A DNA stretch of 64,000 nt, from assembly GCA_964057225.1 (NCBI GenBank), contig OZ059894.1, positions 21,886,001 through 21,950,000 of the forward strand, read 5' to 3'. This stretch comes from Auanema rhodensis (lineage: Eukaryota > Animalia > Nematoda). Shown piece by piece: positions 1-10,600 of the stretch. The position numbers and the translations under genes were made by a program. A model generated the notes under the pieces. It had not been told where the DNA came from and did not search any database. It saw only the letters and a program-made list of their open reading frames with translations. Position 1 is the first letter of the stretch, and the number at the start of each line of letters is the position of its first letter.

Positions 1-7
1 ATCAACT

Positions 8-29
8 GATATAAGTTCACACTTATATC
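8..29. repeat. Inverted repeat A: GATATAAGT-tcac-ACTTATATC (perfect 9-bp stem, 4-nt loop), in nearly every monomer
   Basis: Arms 8-16 and 21-29 are exact reverse complements. Confidence 0.93.
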
Positions 30-103
30 CTCGATTTTCACCCTGAAGAATTAATTTTTTCGTTGAATAACAATGTCCATCGTCTTTGCTTTAAAAAAAG
101 GAA

Positions 104-175
104 TCTAAAAACATCTACTTTTTGCTAAATTATTTTGAAATTTTTCGAAAAAATTTTTGTCAAAATGTTTTTGGA
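104..175. repeat. Nested A/T-tract inverted repeats around the TTTTTCGAAAAA palindrome
   Basis: 141-152 is a perfect 12-bp palindrome. ATTTTGA (132-138) pairs with TCAAAAT (160-166). TCTAAAAACAT (104-114) pairs with ATGTTTTTGGA (165-175) at 10/11 positions. Confidence 0.75.
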
Positions 176-179
176 AGCA

Positions 180-207
180 ATGTTGAGTGTACATGGAAAC
201 TCAACAT
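180..207. repeat. Inverted repeat B: 28-bp near-palindrome ATGTTGAGTGTACA|TGGAAACTCAACAT
   Basis: 12 of 14 positions are symmetric about the central CATG, and the outer 9 bp are perfect. Confidence 0.93.
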
Positions 208-351
208 ACACTAATGCATCATTTTTCAAACGATCATAACTAATTTTTGTATTAAGCGTTTCTCAATGTAGTATAGTGCATTCGATGCGGATTTTTAAGC
301 TGCGTCGATCTGTGTTATCAGATTTGCGCTAACTTAAAAATGCACCGAGAC

Positions 352-702
352 ATCAACTGATATAAGTTCACACTTATATCCTCGATTTTCACCCTGAAGA
401 ATTAATTTTTTCGTTGAATAACATTGTCCATCGTCTTTGATTTAAAAAAAGGAATCTAAAAACATCTACTTTTTGCTAAATTATTTTGAAATTTTTCGAA
501 AAAATTTTTGTCAAAATGTTTTTGGAAGCAATGTTGAGTGTACATGGAAACTCAACATACACTAATGCATCATTTTTCAAACGATCATAACTAATTTTTG
601 TATCAAGCGTTTCTCAATGTAGTATAGTGCATTCGATGCGGATTTTTAAGCTGCGTCGATCTGTGTTATCAGATTTGCGCTAGCTTAAAAATGCACCGAG
701 AT
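352..702 (+). repeat. Representative 351-bp monomer (arbitrary phase)
   Basis: One full period. Most copies carry BstBI (TTCGAA, monomer pos 144), BsrGI (TGTACA, 188), NsiI (ATGCAT, 214), NheI (GCTAGC, 328) and a junction EcoRV site (GATATC). Confidence 0.97.
633..699. repeat. Inverted repeat C: long imperfect hairpin with perfect 11-bp arms ATTTTTAAGCT / AGCTTAAAAAT (monomer pos 282-348)
   Basis: 642-652 and 682-692 are exact reverse complements. Inner pairings are GCG/CGC and ATCTG/CAGAT, and the outer pairing is TCGATGC/GCACCGA (6/7). Confidence 0.85.
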
Positions 703-3700
703 ATCAACTGATATAAGTTCACACTTATATCCTCGATTTTCACCCTGAAGAATTAATTTTTTCGTTGAATAGCATTGTCCATCGTCTTTGCCTTGAAAAA
801 AGAAATCTAAAAACATCTACTTTTTGCTAAATTATTTTGAAATTTTTCGAAAAAATTTTTGTCAAAATGTTTTTGGAAGCAATGTTGAGTTTACATGGAA
901 ACTCAACATACACTAATGCATCATTTTTCAAACGATCATAACTAATTTTTGTATCAAGCGTTTCTCAATGTAGTATAGTGCATTCGATGCGGATTTTTAA
1001 GCTGCGTCGATCTGTGTTATCAGATTTGCGCTAGCTTAAAAATGCACCGAGATATCAACTGATATAAGTTCACACTTATATCCTCGATTTTCACCCTGAA
1101 GAATTAATTTTTTCGTTGAATAACATTGTCCATCGTCTTTGATTTAAAAAAAGGAATCTAAAAACATCTACTTTTTGCTAAATTATTTTGAAATTTTTCG
1201 AAAAAATTTTTGTCAAAATGTTTTTGGAAGCAATGTTGAGTGTACATGGAAACTCAACATACACTAATGCATCATTTTTCAAACGATCATAACTAATTTT
1301 TGTATCAAGCGTTTCTCGATGTAGTATAGTGCATTCGATGCGGATTTTTAAGCTGCGTCGATCTGTGTTATCAGATTTGCGCTAGCTTAAAAATGCACCG
1401 AGATATCAACTGATATAAGTTCACACTTATATCCTCGATTTTCACCCTGAAGAATTAATTTTTTCGTTGAATAACATTGTCCATCGTCTTTGCCTTGAAA
1501 AATGGAATCTAAAAACATCTACTTTTTGCTAAATTATCTTGAAATTTTTCGAAAAAATTTTTGTCAAAATGTTTTTGGAAGCAATGTTGAGTGTACATGG
1601 AAACTCAACATACACTAATGCATCATTTTTCAAACGATCATAACTAATTTTTGTATTAAGCGTTTCTCAATGTAGTATAGTGCATTCGATGCGGATTTTT
1701 AAGCTGCGTCGATCTGTGTTATCAGATTTGCGCTAACTTAAAAATGCACCGAGACATCAACTGATATAAGTTCACACTTATATCCTCGATTTTCACCCTG
1801 AAGAATTAATTTTTTCGTTGAATAACATTGTCCATCGTCTTTGATTTAAAAAAAGGAATCTAAAAACATCTACTTTTTGCTAAATTATTTTGAAATTTTT
1901 CGAAAAAATTTTTGTCAAAATGTTTTTGGAAGCAATGTTGAGTGTACATGGAAACTCAACATACACTAATGCATCATTTTTCAAACGATCATAACTAATT
2001 TTTGTATCAAGCGTTTCTCAATGTAGTATAGTGCATTCGATGCGGATTTTTAAGCTGCGTCGATCTGTGTTATCAGATTTGCGCTAGCTTAAAAATGCAC
2101 CGAGATATCAACTGATATAAGTTCACACTTATATCCTCGATTTTCACCCTGAAGAATTAATTTTTTCGTTGAATAGCATTGTCCATCGTCTTTGCCTTGA
2201 AAAAAGAAATCTAAAAACATCTACTTTTTGCTAAATTATTTTGAAATTTTTCGAAAAAATTTTTGTCAAAATGTTTTTGGAAGCAATGTTGAGTGTACAT
2301 GGAAACTCAACATACACTAATGCATCATTTTTGAAACGATCATAACTAATTTTTGTATTAAGCGTTTCTCAATGTAGTATAGTGCATTCGATGCGGATTT
2401 TTAAGCTGCGTCGATCTGTGTTATCAGATTTGCGCTAACTTAAAAATGCACCGAGACATCAACTGATATAAGTTCACACTTATATCCTCGATTTTCACCC
2501 TGAAGAATTAATTTTTTCGTTGAATAACAATGTCCATCGTCTTTGCTTTAAAAAAAGGAATCTAAAAACATCTACTTTTTGCTAAATTATTTTGAAATTT
2601 TTCGAAAAAATTTTTGTCAAAATGTTTTTGGAAGCAATGTTGAGTGTACATGGAAACTCAACATACACTAATGCATCATTTTTCAAACGATCATAACTAA
2701 TTTTTGTATTAAGCGTTTCTCAATGTAGTATAGTGCATTCGATGCGGATTTTTAAGCTGCGTCGATCTGTGTTATCAGATTTGCGCTAACTTAAAAATGC
2801 ACCGAGACATCAACTGATATAAGTTCACACTTATATCCTCGATTTTCACCCTGAAGAATTAATTTTTTCGTTGAATAACATTGTCCATCGTCTTTGATTT
2901 AAAAAAAGGAATCTAAAAACATCTACTTTTTGCTAAATTATTTTGAAATTTTTCGAAAAAATTTTTGTCAAAATGTTTTTGGAAGCAATGTTGAGTGTAC
3001 ATGGAAACTCAACATACACTAATGCATCATTTTTCAAACGATCATAACTAATTTTTGTATCAAGCGTTTCTCAATGTAGTATAGTGCATTCGATGCGGAT
3101 TTTTAAGCTGCGTCGATCTGTGTTATCAGATTTGCGCTAGCTTAAAAATGCACCGAGATATCAACTGATATAAGTTCACACTTATATCCTCGATTTTCAC
3201 CCTGAAGAATTAATTTTTTCGTTGAATAGCATTGTCCATCGTCTTTGCCTTGAAAAAAGAAATCTAAAAACATCAACTTTTTGCTAAATTATTTTGAAAT
3301 TTTTCGAAAAAATTTTTGTCAAAATGTTTTTGGAAGCAATGTTGAGTTTACATGGAAACTCAACATACACTAATGCATCATTTTTCAAACGATCATAACT
3401 AATTTTTGTATCAAGCGTTTCTCAATGTAGTATAGTGCATTCGATGCGGATTTTTAAGCTGCGTCGATCTGTGTTATCAGATTTGCGCTAGCTTAAAAAT
3501 GCACCGAGATATCAACTGATATAAGTTCACACTTATATCCTCGATTTTCACCCTGAAGAATTAATTTTTTCGTTGAATAGCATTGTCCATCGTCTTTGCC
3601 TTGAAAAAAGAAATCTAAAAACATCTACTTTTTGCTAAATTATCTTGAAATTTTTCGAAAAAATTTTTGTCAAAATGTTTTTGGAAGCAATGTTGAGTGT

Positions 3701-5265
3701 ACATGGAAACTCAACATACACTAATGCATCATTTTTCAAACAATCATAACTAATTTTTGTATCAAGCGTTTCTCAATGTAGTATAGTGCATTCGATGCGG
3801 ATTTTTAAGCTGCGTCGATCTGTGTTATCAGATTTGCGCTAGCTTAAAAATGCACCGAGATATCAACTGATATAAGTTCACACTTATATCCTCGATTTTC
3901 ACCCTGAAGAATTAATTTTTTCGTTGAATAACATTGTCTATCGTCTTTGCCTTGAAAAATGGAATCTAAAAACATCTACTTTTTGCTAAATTATTTTGAA
4001 ATTTTTCGAAAAAATTTTTGTCAAAATGTTTTTGGAAGCAATGTTGAGTGTACATGGAAACTCAACATACACTAATGCATCATTTTTCAAACGATCATAA
4101 CTAATTTTTGTATCAAGCGTTTCTCGATGTAGTATAGTGCATTCGATGCGGATTTTTAAGCTGCGTCGATCTGTGTTATCAGATTTGCGCTAGCTTAAAA
4201 ATGCACCGAGATATCAACTGATATAAGTTCACACTTATATCCTCGATTTTCACCCTGAAGAATTAATTTTTTCGTTGAATAACATTGTCCATCGTCTTTG
4301 CCTTGAAAAATGGAATCTAAAAACATCTACTTTTTGCTAAATTATTTTGAAATTTCTCGAAAAAATTTTTGTCAAAATGTTTTTGGAAGCAATGTTGAGT
4401 GTACATGGAAACTCAACATACACTAATGCATCATTTTTCAAACGATCATAACTAATTTTTGTATCAAGCGTTTCTCGATGTAGTATAGTGCATTCGATGC
4501 GGATTTTTAAGCTGCGTCGATCTGTGTTATCAGATTTGCGCTAGCTTAAAAATGCACCGAGATATCAACTGATATAAGTTCACACTTATATCCTCGATTT
4601 TCACCCTGAAGAATTAATTTTTTCGTTGAATAACATTGTCCATCGTCTTTGCCTTGAAAAATGGAATCTAAAAACATCTACTTTTTGCTAAATTATTTTG
4701 AAATTTCTCGAAAAAATTTTTGTCAAAATGTTTTTGGAAGCAATGTTGAGTGTACATGGAAACTCAACATACACTAATGCATCATTTTTCAAACGATCAT
4801 AACTAATTTTTGTATTAAGCGTTTCTCAATGTAGTATAGTGCATTCGATGCGGATTTTTAAGCTGCGTCGATCTGTGTTATCAGATTTGCGCTAGCTTAA
4901 AAATGCACCGAGATATCAACTGATATAAGTTCACACTTATATCCTCGATTTTCACCCTGAAGAATTAATTTTTTCGTTGAATAACATTGTCCATCGTCTT
5001 TGCCTTGAAAAAAGGAATCTAAAAACATCTACTTTTTGCTAAATTATTTTGAAATTTTTCGAAAAAATTTTTGTCAAAATGTTTTTGGAAGCAATGTTGA
5101 GTGTACATGGAAACTCAACATACACTAATGCATCATTTTTCAAACGATCATAACTAATTTTTGTATCAAGCGTTTCTCGATGTAGTATAGTGCATTCGAT
5201 GCGGATTTTTAAGCTGCGTCGATCTGTGTTATCAGATTTGCGCTAGCTTAAAAATGCACCGAGAT

Positions 5266-7640
5266 ATCAACTGATATAAGTTCACACTTATATCCTCGAT
5301 TTTCACCCTGAAGAATTAATTTTTTCGTTGAATAACATTGTCCATCGTCTTTGCTTTAAAAAAAGGAATCTAAAAACATCTACTTTTTGCTAAATTATTT
5401 TGAAATTTTTCGAAAAAATTTTTGTCAAAATGTTTTTGGAAGCAATGTTGAGTGTACATGGAAACTCAACATACACTAATGCATCATTTTTCAAACAATC
5501 ATAACTAATTTTTGTATCAAGCGTTTCTCAATGTAGTATAGTGCATTCGATGCGGATTTTTAAGCTGCGTCGATCTGTGTTATCAGATTTGCGCTAGCTT
5601 AAAAATGCACCGAGATATCAACTGATATAAGTTCACACTTATATCCTCGATTTTCACCCTGAAGAATTAATTTTTTCGTTGAATAACATTGTCCATCGTC
5701 TTTGCTTTAAAAAAAGGAATCTAAAAACATCTACTTTTTGCTAAATTATTTTGAAATTTTTCGAAAAAATTTTTGTCAAAATGTTTTTGGAAGCAATGTT
5801 GAGTGTACATGGAAACTCAACATACACTAATGCATCATTTTTCAAACGATCATAACTAATTTTTGTATTAAGCGTTTCTCAATGTAGTATAGTGCATTCG
5901 ATGCGGAATATTAAGCTGCGTCGATCTGTGTTATCAGATTTGCGCTAACTTAAAAATGCACCGAGACATCAACTGATATAAGTTCACACTTATATCCTCG
6001 ATTTTCACCCTGAAGAATTAATTTTTTCGTTGAATAACATTGTCCATCGTCTTTGATTTAAAAAAAGGAATCTAAAAACATCTACTTTTTGCTAAATTAT
6101 TTTGAAATTTTTCGAAAAAATTTTTGTCAAAATGTTTTTGGAAGCAATGTTGAGTGTACATGGAAACTCAACATACACTAATGCATCATTTTTCAAACGA
6201 TCATAACTAATTTTTGTATCAAGCGTTTCTCGATGTAGTATAGTGCATTCGATGCGGATTTTTAAGCTGCGTCGATCTGTGTTATCAGATTTGCGCTAGC
6301 TTAAAAATGCACCGAGATATCAACTGATATAAGTTCACACTTATATCCTCGATTTTCACCCTGAAGAATTAATTTTTTCGTTGAATAACATTGTCCATCG
6401 TCTTTGCTTTAAAAAAAGGAATCTAAAAACATCTACTTTTTGCTAAATTATTTTGAAATTTTTCGAAAAAATTTTTGTCAAAATGTTTTTGGAAGCAATG
6501 TTGAGTGTACATGGAAACTCAACATACACTAATGCATCATTTTTCAAACAATCATAACTAATTTTTGTATCAAGCGTTTCTCAATGTAGTATAGTGCATT
6601 CGATGCGGATTTTTAAGCTGCGTCGATCTGTGTTATCAGATTTGCGCTAGCTTAAAAATGCACCGAGATATCAACTGATATAAGTTCACACTTATATCCT
6701 CGATTTTCACCCTGAAGAATTAATTTTTTCGTTGAATAACATTGTCCATCGTCTTTGCTTTAAAAAAAGGAATCTAAAAACATCTACTTTTTGCTAAATT
6801 ATTTTGAAATTTTTCGAAAAAATTTTTGTCAAAATGTTTTTGGAAGCAATGTTGAGTGTACATGGAAACTCAACATACACTAATGCATCATTTTTCAAAC
6901 GATCATAACTAATTTTTGTATTAAGCGTTTCTCAATGTAGTATAGTGCATTCGATGCGGAATATTAAGCTGCGTCGATCTGTGTTATCAGATTTGCGCTA
7001 ACTTAAAAATGCACCGAGACATCAACTGATATAAGTTCACACTTATATCCTCGATTTTCACCCTGAAGAATTAATTTTTTCGTTGAATAACATTGTCCAT
7101 CGTCTTTGATTTAAAAAAAGGAATCTAAAAACATCTACTTTTTGCTAAATTATTTTGAAATTTTTCGAAAAAATTTTTGTCAAAATGTTTTTGGAAGCAA
7201 TGTTGAGTGTACATGGAAACTCAACATACACTAATGCATCATTTTTCAAACGATCATAACTAATTTTTGTATCAAGCGTTTCTCGATGTAGTATAGTGCA
7301 TTCGATGCGGATTTTTAAGCTGCGTCGATCTGTGTTATCAGATTTGCGCTAGCTTAAAAATGCACCGAGATATCAACTGATATAAGTTCACACTTATATC
7401 CTCGATTTTCACCCTGAAGAATTAATTTTTTCGTTGAATAACATTGTCCATCGTCTTTGCTTTAAAAAAAGGAATCTAAAAACATCTACTTTTTGCTAAA
7501 TTATTTTGAAATTTTTCGAAAAAATTTTTGTCAAAATGTTTTTGGAAGCAATGTTGAGTGTACATGGAAACTCAACATACACTAATGCATCATTTTTCAA
7601 ACAATCATAACTAATTTTTGTATCAAGCGTTTCTCAATGT
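5266..7640 (+). repeat. Local higher-order repeat: 3-monomer unit (1053 bp), ~2.3 copies
   Basis: The private variant GCGGAATATT occurs at ~5908 and ~6961 (1053 apart), and the monomer haplotype order repeats. Confidence 0.85.
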
Positions 7641-10600
7641 AGTAAAGTGCATTCGATGCGGATTTTTAAGCTGCGTCGATCTGTGTTATCAGATTTGCGC
7701 TAGCTTAAAAATGCACCGAGATATCAACTGATATAAGTTCACACTTATATCCTCGATTTTCACCCTGAAGAATTAATTTTTTCGTTGAATAACATTGTCT
7801 ATCGTCTTTGCCTTGAAAAATGGAATCTAAAAACATTTACTTTTTGCTAAATTATTTTGAAATTTTTCGAAAAAATTTTTGTCAAAATGTTTTTGGAAGC
7901 AATGTTGAGTGTACATGGAAACTCAACATACACTAATGCATCATTTTTCAAACGATCATAACTAATTTTTGTATCAAGCGTTTCTCGATGTAGTATAGTG
8001 CATTCGATGCGGATTTTTAAGCTGCGTCGATCTGTGTTATCAGATTTGCGCTAGCTTAAAAATGCACCGAGATATCAACTGATATAAGTTCACACTTATA
8101 TCCTCGATTTTCACCCTGAAGAATTAATTTTTTCGTTGAATAACATTGTCCATCGTCTTTGCCTTGAAAAATGGAATCTAAAAACATCTACTTTTTGCTA
8201 AATTATCTTGAAATTTTTCGAAAAAATTTTTGTCAAAATGTTTTTGGAAGCAATGTTGAGTGTACATGGAAACTCAACATACACTAATGCATCATTTTTC
8301 AAACGATCATAACTAATTTTTGTATTAAGCGTTTCTCAATGTAGTATAGTGCATTCGATGCGGATTTTTAAGCTGCGTCGATCTGTGTTATCAGATTTGC
8401 GCTAACTTAAAAATGCACCGAGACATCAACTGATATAAGTTCACACTTATATCCTCGATTTTCACCCTGAAGAATTAATTTTTTCGTTGAATAACATTGT
8501 CCATCGTCTTTGATTTAAAAAAAGGAATCTAAAAACATCTACTTTTTGCTAAATTATTTTGAAATTTTTCGAAAAAATTTTTGTCAAAATGTTTTTGGAA
8601 GCAATGTTGAGTGTACATGGAAACTCAACATACACTAATGCATCATTTTTCAAACGATCATAACTAATTTTTGTATTAAGCGTTTCTCAATGTAGTATAG
8701 TGCATTCGATGCGGATTTTTAAGCTGCGTCGATCTGTGTTATCAGATTTGCGCTAACTTAAAAATGCACCGAGACATCAACTGATATAAGTTCACACTTA
8801 TATCCTCGATTTTCACCCTGAAGAATTAATTTTTTCGTTGAATAACATTGTCCATCGTCTTTGCTTTAAAAAAAGGAATCTAAAAACATCTACTTTTTGC
8901 TAAATTATTTTGAAATTTTTCGAAAAAATTTTTGTCAAAATGTTTTTGGAAGCAATGTTGAGTGTACATGGAAACTCAACATACACTAATGCATCATTTT
9001 TCAAACGATCATAACTAATTTTTGTATCAAGCGTTTCTCAATGTAGTATAGTGCATTCGATGCGGATTTTTAAGCTGCGTCGATCTGTGTTATCAGATTT
9101 GCGCTAGCTTAAAAATGCACCGAGATATCAACTGATATAAGTTCACACTTATATCCTCGATTTTCACCCTGAAGAATTAATTTTTTCGTTGAATAGCATT
9201 GTCCATCGTCTTTGCCTTGAAAAAAGAAATCTAAAAACATCTACTTTTTGCTAAATTATCTTGAAATTTTTCGAAAAAATTTTTGTCAAAATGTTTTTGG
9301 AAGCAATGTTGAGTGTACATGGAAACTCAACATACACTAATGCATCATTTTTCAAACGATCATAACTAATTTTTGTATCAAGCGTTTCTCGATGTAGTAA
9401 AGTGCATTCGATGCGGATTTTTAAGCTGCGTCGATCTGTGTTATCAGATTTGCGCTAGCTTAAAAATGCACCGAGATATCAACTGATATAAGTTCACACT
9501 TATATCCTCGATTTTCACCCTGAAGAATTAATTTTTTCGTTGAATAACATTGTCCATCGTCTTTGCTTTAAAAAAAGGAATCTAAAAACATCTACTTTTT
9601 GCTAAATTATTTTGAAATTTTTCGAAAAAATTTTTGTCAAAATGTTTTTGGAAGCAATGTTGAGTGTACATGGAAACTCAACATACACTAATGCATCATT
9701 TTTCAAACGATCATAACTAATTTTTGTATCAAGCGTTTCTCAATGTAGTATAGTGCATTCGATGCGGATTTTTAAGCTGCGTCGATCTGTGTTATCAGAT
9801 TTGCGCTAGCTTAAAAATGCACCGAGATATCAACTGATATAAGTTCACACTTATATCCTCGATTTTCACCCTGAAGAATTAATTTTTTCGTTGAATAGCA
9901 TTGTCCATCGTCTTTGCCTTGAAAAAAGAAATCTAAAAACATCTACTTTTTGCTAAATTATTTTGAAATTTTTCGAAAAAATTTTTGTCAAAATGTTTTT
10001 GGAAGCAATGTTGAGTGTACATGGAAACTCAACATACACTAATGCATCATTTTTCAAACGATCATAACTAATTTTTGTATCAAGCGTTTCTCGATGTAGT
10101 ATAGTGCATTCGATGCGGATTTTTAAGCTGCGTCGATCTGTGTTATCAGATTTGCGCTAGCTTAAAAATGCACCGAGATATCAACTGATATAAGTTCACA
10201 CTTATATCCTCGATTTTCACCCTGAAGAATTAATTTTTTCGTTGAATAACATTGTCCATCGTCTTTGCCTTGAAAAATGGAATCTAAAAACATCTACTTT
10301 TTGCTAAATTATCTTGAAATTTTTCGAAAAAATTTTTGTCAAAATGTTTTTGGAAGCAATGTTGAGTGTACATGGAAACTCAACATAAACTAATGCATCA
10401 TTTTTCAAACGATCATAACTAATTTTTGTATTAAGCGTTTCTCAATGTAGTATAGTGCATTCGATGCGGATTTTTAAGCTGCGTCGATCTGTGTTATCAG
10501 ATTTGCGCTAACTTAAAAATGCACCGAGACATCAACTGATATAAGTTCACACTTATATCCTCGATTTTCACCCTGAAGAATTAATTTTTTCGTTGAATAG

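Noticed and set aside
58-74. CENP-B box-like TTTCGTTGAATAACATT
   Set aside because: It matches only the TTCG half and lacks the essential CGGG.
43-200. Hammerhead ribozyme (CTGAAGA at 43-49 matches CUGANGA; some satellites encode hammerheads)
   Set aside because: I could not build stem II to any downstream GAAA, nor stems I and III. The minus-strand candidate reads CUGAUAA. An Infernal/RNAmotif search would settle it.
1-351. 5S rRNA, tRNA or snRNA tandem gene unit
   Set aside because: No recognisable 5S, tRNA cloverleaf/A-B box or snRNA sequence was seen on either strand by eye. An Rfam scan would confirm.
633-683. Helitron 3' end (hairpin followed by CTAG)
   Set aside because: The hairpin-to-CTAG gap is ~20 nt, the CTAG is polymorphic (CTAA), and no element boundary is visible.
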